A stretch of 64,000 nt of DNA from Chloroflexota bacterium (GTDB taxonomy: Bacteria > Chloroflexota > UBA11872 > VXNJ01). This document shows positions 11,336-21,451 of the stretch, piece by piece; within the stretch, counting starts at the first letter, position 1, and each line of letters opens with the position of its first letter. A program made the translations under genes and the position numbers. Under the pieces are notes generated by a model. That model did no database searches. It had not been told where the DNA came from and saw only the letters and a list, made by a program, of their open reading frames with translations. The DNA lies in assembly GCA_965261345.1 (NCBI GenBank), contig OZ253449.1, positions 1,440,001 through 1,504,000 of the forward strand, in the 5' to 3' direction.

Positions 11336-11889
11336 TCGGCCAGGTAGCGCCGCGGCCAGATGCCGCGGTTGCGGGCGGTGACCACTACCAGCACCGATGC
11401 CGCCAACAGCAGGACCAATAGCGCCGCGGCGGCGACCAGGCCGTCGCTGACCCGGATCCAGACCGCCAGGTTGAAGATCCCCCAGGCGGATACCGGCGCG
11501 GCCAGCAGTATCTGCGGAAAGACGACCAGCGAGGCCAGAAGCGCGTAACCACGCGGGCGTTCGTCGGCAATTTCGCCCGAGTATTCAAAATGCCGCCGGG
11601 CCAGGCAGTCGCTAACGAATGCCGACCAGAAAAGATAGACCCCGATCAGCAGCGGCGCGGCCGCCAGCGCGGCATTGCCCAGGATGGGTTCGGCCAGGGC
11701 GCCAGATTGCGGATCGGCCACCGGGGCGAACGGGGCGTCCAGGGCCAGCAGCGAGGCCAGCCAGGATGAGCGTAGAAAAACGACCAGTACCAATCCCAGG
11801 GCGGCGGCAATGCCCAGTCCGGGCCAGGGGATCTGGACCCGGTGGTTGGCCGCCGCCCGGCGGCCGGTTGGGGGTGTGGCCATCGGCAA
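11332..11889 (-). CDS. Hypothetical membrane protein (about 4 TM)
   Basis: Several long hydrophobic segments. Confidence 0.6.
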   Translation of the reverse strand: MPMATPPTGRRAAANHRVQIPWPGLGIAAALGLVLVVFLRSSWLASLLALDAPFAPVADPQSGALAEPILGNAALAAAPLLIGVYLFWSAFVSDCLARRHFEYSGEIADERPRGYALLASLVVFPQILLAAPVSAWGIFNLAVWIRVSDGLVAAAALLVLLLAASVLVVVTARNRGIWPRRYLAD

Positions 11890-12119
11890 CTGGGTCCTAA
11901 CTGCTAGCGCTTAACGCTGGTTCCGCGCCCGTCGCCGGGCTTCCGGGGCGCCCGCCGCCGCCGCCCGAACTGTCCTTTAAGGCTTGAGCGTTATACTCAA
12001 TTCTGCTTGGTCGGAGATGCCGGCGGGACGCCGGCCGCGCCAGCCGTTACATGGTCGGCCAGCCGATCGGGCTGCGACGGGTTAAATTTCCCATCCCCAT
12101 TTTTTGCGGAGATATCGGC

Positions 12120-12539
12120 TTGCTAAAGATCCGCCTGCAACGGCGCGGGGCCAAAAAGCGGCCCAACTACCGAGTGGTGGTCATTCCGTCCGAATCCGCG
12201 CGCGACTCGCGCTGCGTTGACGACCTGGGCTTCTACGACCCGGTACCCAACCCCTCGCGGGTTCAAATCGATGTCGACCGGGCCGCCAATTGGATGCGAA
12301 ACGGGGCGCAACCCAGTGACCGAGTGGCCAGACTGCTAGAGGAAATCCAACCCAATTTTGCCGAGTTCGTCCGCTCCGGAGTCACCCTCGAGGTGGCCCA
12401 GCAGGCCCAGGCCGCCGCCAACACCATCGCCAAACGGCGCCGTGCCGAAGCCCAGGGCGGTGATCCGGCTGAGACCGGAGAACCGGTTGCCGCCGAGCCC
12501 GAAGCCGAAACCGAACCCGAGCCGGAAATCGCCGGCTAG
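12120..12539 (+). CDS. rpsP: 30S ribosomal protein S16 with extended C-terminus
   Basis: LKIRLQRRGAKKRPNYRVVV...LGFYDP...GAQPSDRV; start moved to the TTG at 12120. Confidence 0.97.
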   Translation: MLKIRLQRRGAKKRPNYRVVVIPSESARDSRCVDDLGFYDPVPNPSRVQIDVDRAANWMRNGAQPSDRVARLLEEIQPNFAEFVRSGVTLEVAQQAQAAANTIAKRRRAEAQGGDPAETGEPVAAEPEAETEPEPEIAG

Positions 12540-12630
12540 GCCGGGAAACTGGCGTCCTGCCAAAGACCGCCGCCGGGTCGGGGCCACCAATTCCAGATAC
12601 AACTACCACCAGAGAACTGAAAGTTAATCG

Positions 12631-12867
12631 ATGGAAGAGCTGATCCGCTTCATCGCCGTCAACCTTACCGGCGACGAGGATTCGATTGAAATAGAAACCT
12701 ACGAACGCTCCGGCACAACGGTCTATGAGCTGCGGGTCCAATCCGCCGATATGGGTCGGGTGATAGGCCGCCACGGGCGGATGGCGGCGGCGATTAGGCG
12801 GGTCATCAACGCCGCCCCGGTGGCGCGCGGTCAGCGCTGCATCCTCGATATCGAAGAGGCGACCTAA
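12631..12867 (+). CDS. khpA: KH-domain RNA-binding protein KhpA
   Basis: DMGRVIGRHGRMAAAIR; typical position after rpsP. Confidence 0.92.
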   Translation: MEELIRFIAVNLTGDEDSIEIETYERSGTTVYELRVQSADMGRVIGRHGRMAAAIRRVINAAPVARGQRCILDIEEAT

Positions 12868-12890
12868 GGTCCCAGCCAGCCGGCGCGACC

Positions 12891-13694
12891 TTGGCTGAGG
12901 CCCAGTCCGGCGCCCGGGCGCTGGCAATCGCGTTCGTTACCGCCTTTCCGGAGATGTTCCCCGGACCTTTGGGCGGTGGAATCGTCGGCCGCGCCTGCGA
13001 CCGCGGGCTGGCGGTCTTTGAGACCTTTGACCTTAGGGACTTTGCTGCGCCGGCACAGCGGCAGATCGATGATTACCCCTTTGGCGGCGGCGGCGGGATG
13101 GTGCTCCTGCCCGGCCCGGCCAGCGCCGCGGTGACCGCGGCGCGCGCGGGCACCGGGCACGTTATCTACATGACCCCGCAGGGCCGGCCGCTCCGACACG
13201 CCGACTGCGTCCGACTCTCAAGCAAGGACCGCTTGGTCATCCTGTGCGGGCGCTATGAGGGGGTTGACGAACGGGTGCGTGAGGCCCTGGTGGACGAGGA
13301 GTTTTCGGTCGGCGATTTCGTCGTGTGCGGCGGTGAACTGCCGGGAATGCTGCTGGCCGAAGCGGTGGTGCGGCTGCGCGCCGGAGTGGTCGGCAACGCC
13401 GCAACGGTCAGGGCCGATTCCTTTGCCGCCGGGCTGCTTGAGCACCCCCACTACACCCGGCCGAGGGAATTTGACGGTCGCCCGGTGCCGCCGGTGCTGC
13501 TCTCCGGTGACCACGCCGCGATTGCGGGTTGGAAACGACGCCATTCGCTGCTGCGCACCCTGCTGCGGCGACCGGAGCTGCTCGCCGGTGTGTCAATCGA
13601 ACCAGAGGACGCCCGCTGGCTGGCCGATCGCTGCCCGAAAGAATGGGCCGGCGCCTTGCCCGGCCAGCCGCCCGACCGGCGCAATTGCATCTGA
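12891..13694 (+). CDS. trmD: tRNA (guanine37-N1)-methyltransferase
   Basis: DDYPFGGGGGMV, TPQG, CGRYEGVDERV, SVGDFVVCGGE, LLEHPHYTRP. Confidence 0.97.
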   Translation: MAEAQSGARALAIAFVTAFPEMFPGPLGGGIVGRACDRGLAVFETFDLRDFAAPAQRQIDDYPFGGGGGMVLLPGPASAAVTAARAGTGHVIYMTPQGRPLRHADCVRLSSKDRLVILCGRYEGVDERVREALVDEEFSVGDFVVCGGELPGMLLAEAVVRLRAGVVGNAATVRADSFAAGLLEHPHYTRPREFDGRPVPPVLLSGDHAAIAGWKRRHSLLRTLLRRPELLAGVSIEPEDARWLADRCPKEWAGALPGQPPDRRNCI

Positions 13695-13814
13695 ACCAAA
13701 ATTGCGGGAAAATTCGTCGCTACTAGTAATTAGAGATTTGGCCCCGCGCGCTGAAAAACGGTGCGCTGCCGGCCAGATGGCATCTCCCTTGAATTTCACC
13801 CAAAAGGCAATCGC

Positions 13815-15407
13815 ATGATCTCCCACAAGCAAGTTCTCTCCGGCGCCGCGGCCCGCGAGCGCATACGTGAAGGCGTCAATCTGATCGGCGACGCGGTGCG
13901 GGTAACGATGGGGCCGCGCGGGCGCAATGTCGTACTTGAACGCAAGTACGCCAAGCCGGTCATCTCCAACGACGGCTACACCGTCGCCAACGCGATCGAC
14001 AACCTGGCCGACCCGTTCGTCAACACCGGTGCCAACCTGGCCTACCAGGCCGCCAAGAAGACCAATCAGGACGCCGGCGACGGCACCTCGACGTCGGCGG
14101 TTCTGACCCAGGCGATATTTACCGCGGCGCTCAAGCTGATGTCGGCCGGTTTTAACCCGATGGGGCTGCGGGCCGGCATGCTGAAGGCCGGTGAGGCGGT
14201 TACCGCCCACCTGGTCGCTTCGGCGCGCGCCTTAAAGAGCGATGAGGAGTTGGTCTGGGTCGCTGAGCTGTCGGCCAACGACCCCCAGATCGGCGAATTG
14301 GTCGCCGGGGTCTACCAGAAGCTGGGGAAAGACGCCGGTATCAATCTCGAGGATGGCTCAACCAGCGAGATAACGGTCGATTACCTGGCCGGGGTCACCT
14401 TTGACCGTGGGCTCAAATCGCCGTACTTTGCCGCCAGCGAGGACGGCCGAGTCGAGTTCGATAACCCCTCGATCTTTATCACCGATCAGAAACTTGAGGC
14501 GGCCGCCGAGATCATGCCGCTGCTGGAGAAGTTCGTCTCGCAGGGCGGCCGCAGCCTGCTGGTGCTGGCCGAGGACATCGAGAAAGAGGCGCTGGCGGCG
14601 TTGGTGATTAACCGCCTGCGCGGCAAAATCAACGTGGCCGCGGTCAAGGCCCCGGCCTTTAGCGATCGCCGCCGTGGGATGCTCGAGGACTACGCAATCT
14701 TTACCGGCGCACGGCTGTTTGCCAAGGAACTGGGAATCGCCTGGACCGACGTAACGCTGGATTACCTGGGCCGGGCCGACAAGGTGATCGTTAGCAAGAA
14801 CGAGACGACCATCATCGGCGGCCACGGCGAGGAAAAGGCGCTAAAACAGCGCATCGCCGAGCTCTGGGCCGGCAATGCGGCGGCCAAGAACGACTATGAC
14901 CGCGAGAAATTCGCCGAGCGGGCCAACAACCTCGCCGGCACGGTGGCGGTGGTCAACATCGGCGCGCCGACCGAGATCGAACAGAAGGAAATCCGGGCGC
15001 GGGTAGAAGACGCGGTGGCGGCCTCGCGCGCGGCGCTGGAGGAGGGCGTTATCCCTGGTGGCGGGGTTTCCCTGATCAGGGCGGCCGCAGCAATCGACGA
15101 ACTCGAACTTAGCGGCGATGCGGCGCTGGGCGCCAAGATCGTTCGCGAAGCGCTGTGGGCTCCGCTGGCCCAGATCGCCGAGAACGCCGGATTTGAGGGC
15201 GATGTCGTGGTGCGTCGGGTCGGAGATCTGGAAGGCGCCTTCGGTTTCAACGCGGCTACCGGGCAATACGAGGACCTCTATGAAGCCGGGGTGGTCGACC
15301 CGGTGCAGGTAACCCGGATGGCGGTCACCAACGCGGTATCGGCGGCGATGATGCTAGTTACCACCGGCACCCTGGTGGTTGACGCGAAACCCAAAACCAG
15401 CACCTAG
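13815..15407 (+). CDS. groEL: Chaperonin GroEL (divergent paralog)
   Basis: TMGPRGRNV, NDGYTVA, AGDGTST, KAPAFSDRR, EEGVIPGGG, GVVDP; no GGM tail. Confidence 0.95.
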   Translation: MISHKQVLSGAAARERIREGVNLIGDAVRVTMGPRGRNVVLERKYAKPVISNDGYTVANAIDNLADPFVNTGANLAYQAAKKTNQDAGDGTSTSAVLTQAIFTAALKLMSAGFNPMGLRAGMLKAGEAVTAHLVASARALKSDEELVWVAELSANDPQIGELVAGVYQKLGKDAGINLEDGSTSEITVDYLAGVTFDRGLKSPYFAASEDGRVEFDNPSIFITDQKLEAAAEIMPLLEKFVSQGGRSLLVLAEDIEKEALAALVINRLRGKINVAAVKAPAFSDRRRGMLEDYAIFTGARLFAKELGIAWTDVTLDYLGRADKVIVSKNETTIIGGHGEEKALKQRIAELWAGNAAAKNDYDREKFAERANNLAGTVAVVNIGAPTEIEQKEIRARVEDAVAASRAALEEGVIPGGGVSLIRAAAAIDELELSGDAALGAKIVREALWAPLAQIAENAGFEGDVVVRRVGDLEGAFGFNAATGQYEDLYEAGVVDPVQVTRMAVTNAVSAAMMLVTTGTLVVDAKPKTST

Positions 15408-15412
15408 GCCGG

Positions 15413-15432
15413 TTCGGCGGCCGGCCGCCGAA
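15413..15432. terminator. Perfect 20-bp palindrome, likely bidirectional terminator
   Basis: TTCGGCGGCCGGCCGCCGAA between convergent genes. Confidence 0.6.
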
Positions 15433-15443
15433 TAGTTAAGTCT

Positions 15444-15881
15444 CTAGAAGACTGAGTCCGAGCGCGACCAGTCGACGTTGGAGATGTCGACCTGGATAGG
15501 ATCCTGCTGCGGGTCGAACGGTTCGACATCGGAGTCGTCGAAGATGCTCTTGAGGTGGTTGTCGGGCAGGAAATTCTGCTCAACTAGGGCGTCGCAGAAG
15601 GTCTCGATGACCTGATAGCGGGTAAACCACTCGTAGGGCCGCTCGTAGTTGCCCGAGCGGCGGGCGAAATAGCAGACTACGTCGCGCACCGTAATTTCGC
15701 CGATTGAACGCGATTGCGGAAACGATCGACAGAAATCGTCGACCCAGCCGACCCGTCGCTCGATCTCCTGGTGCGAATAGCGCTGTTTCGACGTAAGGTA
15801 CGAGCGATACCATTTGGCAGCGCCCGCGGCATAGATTGACATCTGATCCTCCCGGCTCAAAGCCCGCTGGCGCCTTGCCAA
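15444..15881 (-). CDS. Hypothetical protein resembling an isolated tyrosine-recombinase core-binding (SAM-like) domain
   Basis: Pattern YL..K.RYS..EI......V..F.......IGEITV.DV..YF...FCDALVEQNFL.DN parallels the XerC/XerD N-terminal domain; no catalytic domain. Confidence 0.55.
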   Translation of the reverse strand: MARRQRALSREDQMSIYAAGAAKWYRSYLTSKQRYSHQEIERRVGWVDDFCRSFPQSRSIGEITVRDVVCYFARRSGNYERPYEWFTRYQVIETFCDALVEQNFLPDNHLKSIFDDSDVEPFDPQQDPIQVDISNVDWSRSDSVF

Positions 15882-15944
15882 TTAGCGCCGGCCAGACCCT
15901 TAAACCACAAACGTCTAGTCATTATTTAGTTGTCGATGCGCGGC

Positions 15945-15970
15945 GGGAAATTCGGTTAGCCGAAATTCCC
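15945..15970. promoter_or_regulatory. Dyad element in a divergent promoter region
   Basis: GGGAAATTCGG-TTAG-CCGAAATTCCC (10 of 11 bp complementary). Confidence 0.4.
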
Positions 15971-16072
15971 AAGACCACGGCACCAATTTCATTCTAGGGA
16001 CGTATTTGCAATTTACCAGTGCCCGCCCACGACGCGGCCCGCAGGGCCCTGAGGGCTAGCGGGAGAACTGTT

Positions 16073-17416
16073 TTGGGAATTGCCGATTTCGCCGGCCGCA
16101 AGGTCCTGGTCATGGGCCTGGGGCTGCATGGCGGCGGGGTGGCGATGGCCAGGTTCCTCTGCTCGCGCGGGGCCAGGGTCAAGGTCACCGACCTGCGCGA
16201 CGCCCAGACCCTGGCCCCCAGCATTGCCCAGCTGGCTGGCCTGGATGTCGAATTCGTGCTCGGGGAGCACCGCCAATCCGATTTTTCCGGCGCCGACCTT
16301 ATCATCCGCAACCCGGCCGTGCCCCGCCAGTCGCCCTTCCTGGCAGAAGCCCGCGCCGGTGGAGTGCCGATCGAGATGGAGATGGGGATATTCTTCGGCG
16401 AAGCCGGGCCGGCGCGCATCGTCGGGGTAACCGGCACCCGCGGCAAGACGACGACCGCGACCTTTATCGCTCACGCTCTCGCGCTGGCCGGACGCCGGGT
16501 CCGCCTGGCCGGCAATATGCGCATTTCGGCGGTGGCCCTGCTCGAGTGCCTGGACCCGGACGACACGGTAGTGTTGGAACTCTCCAGCTGGCAGTTGGAG
16601 GGTCTGCTGCCGCACCGCCTGGCCCCCGGCCGGGCGGTGGTGACCAACCTGCTTCCCGACCACCTCGACCGCTACCGGGACCTTGCCGAATACGCCGCCG
16701 CCAAGGAGACGATCGTGAGCCTGCAGGCCGCCGACGATCTGGCGGTGCTCAACGCCGAGAACCCCTATACCCGGGCCTTCGGCCGCCGGGCGCCGGGCCG
16801 GGTGGCCTGGTTTTCGGGCGAAGATAACGTCCCGGGTTGGCCGCGAGCCCGGATCGCCGGGCGCCACAACCGGGCCAACCTGGCGGCCGCCGCCAGGGTG
16901 CTCTTGGATCTGGGGCTGACCGACCGGGAGATCGCCGCCGCGGTTGCCGACTTTCCCGGGGTCCCCTACCGGCAGGAGCAGATCGCCCGGGCCGATGGGA
17001 TCGCCTGGGTCAACGACACTACCGCTACCACTCCGGACGGGACGATCGCGGCGCTGTCGGCGTTGCGCCCGCCCTTTGTCTGGATCGCCGGCGGATCGGA
17101 GAAGCATCTCGACTTTGCCGCCCTCACCGACCTGGCTAAATCACTGGGCGAAAAGATCGTGGCGGTGCTGCTGCTGCCCGGGGCGGCCAGTGAGCGGCTG
17201 GCGCCGCTGCTCTTCCCGCTCAACCTTTTGCGGGTCGATTCGATGGCCGCCGCGGTGGCCATAGCGGCCGAGTTGGCCAGGCCCGGCGATACCGTCCTGC
17301 TCTCGCCCGCGTGCGCCTCGTTTGGCCTGTTCCTTAATGAATTCGATCGCGGCGACCAGTTCAACCGCGCCGTGAGAGCCCGCTTGGAAGGCGGCGCGAA
17401 CGCGGCCTCGGCCTAA
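16073..17416 (+). CDS. murD: UDP-N-acetylmuramoyl-L-alanine:D-glutamate ligase
   Basis: VMGLGLHGGG, GVTGTRGKTTT, LELSSWQL, NLLPDHLDRY, WVNDTTATTP, LLSPACASF...RGDQF. Confidence 0.96.
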   Translation: MGIADFAGRKVLVMGLGLHGGGVAMARFLCSRGARVKVTDLRDAQTLAPSIAQLAGLDVEFVLGEHRQSDFSGADLIIRNPAVPRQSPFLAEARAGGVPIEMEMGIFFGEAGPARIVGVTGTRGKTTTATFIAHALALAGRRVRLAGNMRISAVALLECLDPDDTVVLELSSWQLEGLLPHRLAPGRAVVTNLLPDHLDRYRDLAEYAAAKETIVSLQAADDLAVLNAENPYTRAFGRRAPGRVAWFSGEDNVPGWPRARIAGRHNRANLAAAARVLLDLGLTDREIAAAVADFPGVPYRQEQIARADGIAWVNDTTATTPDGTIAALSALRPPFVWIAGGSEKHLDFAALTDLAKSLGEKIVAVLLLPGAASERLAPLLFPLNLLRVDSMAAAVAIAAELARPGDTVLLSPACASFGLFLNEFDRGDQFNRAVRARLEGGANAASA

Positions 17417-17474
17417 ACTCGAATTGAGCATCAATTGCGCGGCCATTTTTAGCAGAAGACGACGGTTAGGCCAC

Positions 17475-17738
17475 ATGCAGTCCAGCCTTATCGGCAAGAT
17501 CCAAAAAGCCAAACGCTATTCCGAGGAACCCGAGCGGATAACCATTACCGGCCTCAGTTCGCTCTTCCATGGTGGAAACGGCGAATACGAGGTGACCTAC
17601 TCGGCCGAGAGCGGTTGGTCGTGTACCTGCGAGTTCTCCCAGAACTGGAGCTACTGCTCGCATACGATAGCGCTGGAAAAACTACTAACTCCGATGGTCC
17701 AGATCGCCGCGGCGCCCAGTATCGACGAGCCCGCCTAG
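17475..17738 (+). CDS. Small SWIM-type zinc finger protein
   Basis: MQSSLIGKIQKAKRY...WSCTCEFSQNWSYCSH (CxC-x8-CxH). Confidence 0.8.
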   Translation: MQSSLIGKIQKAKRYSEEPERITITGLSSLFHGGNGEYEVTYSAESGWSCTCEFSQNWSYCSHTIALEKLLTPMVQIAAAPSIDEPA

Positions 17739-17764
17739 AACATCTGCTAACATTTCTCTCCACT

Positions 17765-18119
17765 GGGGATGCTGGGATTTGACAGACTGGTCGAATTCCG
17801 GTTCGGCAGGTCGAGGATGCTGTCAAGCTCGTAAAAACGACAGCAATCAAAAACTGCCAGACCACAATTGGCTCTCGCCGCCTAAACCGCGGTGACGTCG
17901 CTCCAGGCCCCTCTGACGGCCTGGAATCCGGCGTTCGTTAGTCAGAGTGCGGCTGCGACCCCGCCTGATGGGTCGCCGATCAAGTCTTAATCGGGTAATC
18001 TGATCCCGGGCGTTGTCCGTAAACCATCCGGGCAGTAATGTCAGAAACGGTCTAAACCTGTAGAAGAGCCGGAAAGAAACAGTCTGGACGGGGCGTTCGA
18101 CTCACCCCCATCTCCACCA
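17765..18119 (+). ncRNA. ssrA: tmRNA; tag peptide (A)ARPQLALAA
   Basis: 5' GGGGATG pairs with 3' CATCTCC-ACCA (Ala identity G-U pair), TTCGACT T-loop, internal ORF 17856-17885 ending ALAA-stop. Confidence 0.95.
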
Positions 18120-18191
18120 ATAGCCGGGTCGGGCCGAGCGCCCGGCCCGCTGGCCGATCTACGCTCGATCGGCTCAACCGGCCCCCGGCTG

Positions 18192-19454
18192 GTGCTGCCG
18201 GCGGCGATCAATCTGGGCGCGGCCGCGCTGGTGGCTCCGGTCCTAAATGCGCTGTTGGCCAGATCGGCGGATCCGGAAGCGGCGATCGCCGGCTACGCGG
18301 TGGCCGCCGGGCTGGTGGCCTTAATCGCGATCCCGCAATTGCGCATCCAGCAGCTGACCCTGGTCTATTCGGGTTCGCGCTGCGCCCAGCTAAAGGTCCG
18401 CCGGTTCGTCCTCAAGCTCGCCCTGACCTGCTTTGCGCTTGCCCTGCTGGCGGCTGTGAGCCCGATTGGGACCTGGTTGCTGGTCGGCATCTACGACCTC
18501 TCCGCGGGCCCGCTGCTGCAGGCCCAGGCGGCGCTTCCGGCGTTGGCGCTCTGGGCCCCGCTGGCCTGTTTCCGCACCCACTTTTACGGGATCATGCTGA
18601 CCGCCGGCCGGGCCGGTGTGATGTGGGGCGGAATCGTTGGTTCGCTGTTGCTGACCGGGTTGCTGGCGGGGCTGCTGCTCCGGTCCGGAAACGTGGAGCC
18701 GGCCGCCGCGGCCGCGGCCGGGCATGCCCTGGCGATCGGAGTCGAATGCATTTACCTGGCCCTGGTCGACCGCCGGCGTACCCATTGGCCTGACGGGGAA
18801 ACGGTCGGGCCGCGGCAGCTCGAACTGGCCAAGTTCTTCGCGCCGCTGCTCGTGGCCGCACTGCTCCCTTCGGCGACCACCCCCATCCTGCACGCGGCGA
18901 TGGCGCGCTTTAGCGACGGGGCCACCGGAATCGCCGCCTTCACCCTGGCGCGCTCGGTCGGTCTGCTGGTCTCAGTTCCGCTCTGGGGCCTGCAACCCAC
19001 GGTGCTGTCGCTGTACAAGGCCGGCAAGAATCGGCGCGGGGTGGCCATGTTCGCCTACACGGTCGGCCTGCTGGTGCTCTTTGCCAATTTGCTGGTGGCC
19101 AACGTGGCGCCACTGACCGATCTGGTGCTGGGCCGGCTGCTGGGGGCCGGCGGAGAGCTGTTTGAACAGGCCCGGATCGCGTTTCTGCTATTTGCCTTCC
19201 TGCCGCCGCTGCTGGCGGTCGAGCAGATCTATTCGGCCGCGCTGCTGGCCCGCCGACGGGCCAATCCATTCATCTTGATCAATATGCTCCGTCTAGGCGG
19301 GTTGGCGATGTCGGTTCTGCTGGCGCTGCTGTATGCGCCGGCGGCAATCTGGGTCGGAGTGGCCGGCGAGTGTGGCGGCCTGGCCACCGAATCGGGGGCA
19401 ACCTATGTGATCGGGCGGGGATCTTACCGACAGCTTGCCGGGCGGCGGGCCTAG
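18192..19454 (+). CDS. Multi-pass membrane protein, MATE/MOP-like transporter or flippase
   Basis: About 12 hydrophobic segments in two similar halves. Confidence 0.65.
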   Translation: MLPAAINLGAAALVAPVLNALLARSADPEAAIAGYAVAAGLVALIAIPQLRIQQLTLVYSGSRCAQLKVRRFVLKLALTCFALALLAAVSPIGTWLLVGIYDLSAGPLLQAQAALPALALWAPLACFRTHFYGIMLTAGRAGVMWGGIVGSLLLTGLLAGLLLRSGNVEPAAAAAAGHALAIGVECIYLALVDRRRTHWPDGETVGPRQLELAKFFAPLLVAALLPSATTPILHAAMARFSDGATGIAAFTLARSVGLLVSVPLWGLQPTVLSLYKAGKNRRGVAMFAYTVGLLVLFANLLVANVAPLTDLVLGRLLGAGGELFEQARIAFLLFAFLPPLLAVEQIYSAALLARRRANPFILINMLRLGGLAMSVLLALLYAPAAIWVGVAGECGGLATESGATYVIGRGSYRQLAGRRA

Positions 19455-20728
19455 ACCCCGATCTCGGCGATCGGGAGCTCGTCCTCGGTCCCGGTGGTCA
19501 CGTAGAGCGGCTTGAGATCGCGGTTGACCACTTCGTCGGTTACCACCACCCGGCGTACGTCGCGGCGCGAGGGGATCTCGAACATCGCCGGCTGGAGGAT
19601 CCTCTCCAATACCGTGCGCAAGCCGCGGGCTCCGGTGTGGCGGGTGATCGCCTGCTCGGCGATCGCCGTCAGCGCTCCGTCGGTTACCACCAACTCGACC
19701 CCGTCCATCTCGAACAGGCGCTGGTACTGGCGCAGGATCGAGTTGGCCGGCTCGGTTAGCACCCGCCGCAGTTCGTCAATGTCCAGGGTGTCCAGCGCGG
19801 CCACCACCGGCAGTCGCCCGACGAATTCGGGGATCAACCCGTAGCGCATCAGGTCATCGGGGGAGACGTGATGGAGCGGGTTCTCGCGAACCTGGCGACG
19901 CTCGGCCGAGTCGCTGGCAAAACCCAACGCGTTACCGGCCCCGGTGCGGCGCCTAACGATCGTTGACAGCCCTTCGAATGCCCCGCCGCAGATGAAGAGG
20001 ATGTCGCGCGTCTGGATCTCCAAAAATTCCTGGTGAGGATGTTTGCGCCCGCCCTGCGGCGGGACGTTGACCTGGGCCCCCTCTAAGATCTTGAGCAGCG
20101 CTTGCTGGACGCCCTCGCCGGACACGTCGCGGGTAATCGAGGGGTTTTCGGCCTTGCGCGCGATCTTGTCGATTTCGTCGATGTAAATGATTCCGGCCTG
20201 GGCGGCAGCGATATTGTGATCGGCCGATTGGATCAGCCGCAGCAGAATCGACTCGACGTCCTCGCCAACGTATCCGGCCTCCGTCAGGGCGGTGGCGTCG
20301 ACGATGCAGAACGGCATATCCAGCAGGCGAGCCAGGGTCCGGGCGATCTCGGTCTTACCGCACCCAGTGGGCCCGACCAGCAGGATGTTGGTTTTATCCA
20401 GCTCGAGCCCGTCGTCCTCGTACTGATCGGCTACCAGCTTCTTGTAGTGGTTAAAGACCGCCACCGCCACCGCCCGCTTGGCGGCTTCCTGGCCGACTAC
20501 GTGGCGGTTGAGGAAGGCGTAGATCTCCTGCGGGGTCGGCGGGGCCGATATCGTGCCGGCCATCTCGCCGGCGCCCCCGGCATCATCGGCGATCGCGTCG
20601 TTGCAGACGCCGACGCACTCGTTGCAGATGTAGACATCACCGGCCCCGGCGATGAGGCGGCGCACCTGGTCCTGGGTCTTGCCGCAGAACGAGCAGCGAA
20701 ATATCGGCGGACGATCACCTATCGGCAT
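19451..20728 (-). CDS. clpX: ATP-dependent Clp protease ATPase subunit
   Basis: CSFCGK...ICNECV zinc finger, [45 protein letters not shown]. Confidence 0.98.
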   Translation of the reverse strand: MPIGDRPPIFRCSFCGKTQDQVRRLIAGAGDVYICNECVGVCNDAIADDAGGAGEMAGTISAPPTPQEIYAFLNRHVVGQEAAKRAVAVAVFNHYKKLVADQYEDDGLELDKTNILLVGPTGCGKTEIARTLARLLDMPFCIVDATALTEAGYVGEDVESILLRLIQSADHNIAAAQAGIIYIDEIDKIARKAENPSITRDVSGEGVQQALLKILEGAQVNVPPQGGRKHPHQEFLEIQTRDILFICGGAFEGLSTIVRRRTGAGNALGFASDSAERRQVRENPLHHVSPDDLMRYGLIPEFVGRLPVVAALDTLDIDELRRVLTEPANSILRQYQRLFEMDGVELVVTDGALTAIAEQAITRHTGARGLRTVLERILQPAMFEIPSRRDVRRVVVTDEVVNRDLKPLYVTTGTEDELPIAEIGV

Positions 20729-20771
20729 GTTGGCTCAGTATCTGGTCTTGGTGGTTTTGGGGTGAGCTGTA

Positions 20772-21368
<597 letters not shown>

Positions 21369-21451
21369 AAGGCGGTATCGGTCCCGGAATTGAAGATCGG
21401 CGGCGGGTGGTTAAGAAGTGCCGGTTGGGCAGGTGCCCGGGTACGGGCCGC

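Noticed and set aside
13695-13814. CIRCE element upstream of groEL; GGGAAAATTCG similarity to the 15945 dyad
   Set aside because: No CIRCE consensus is present, and the short half-site match is too weak to call
16013-17107. Long antisense or alternative-frame ORFs (16013-17107, 26103-27380, 31042-32010, 40517-41692, 62081-63286)
   Set aside because: These are shadow ORFs of well-supported genes in high-GC DNA, rich in Arg/Gly/Pro and without motifs
18120-19454. Integrative element at the tmRNA 3' end
   Set aside because: No integrase or att duplication; a hairpin and a membrane gene follow, then clpX
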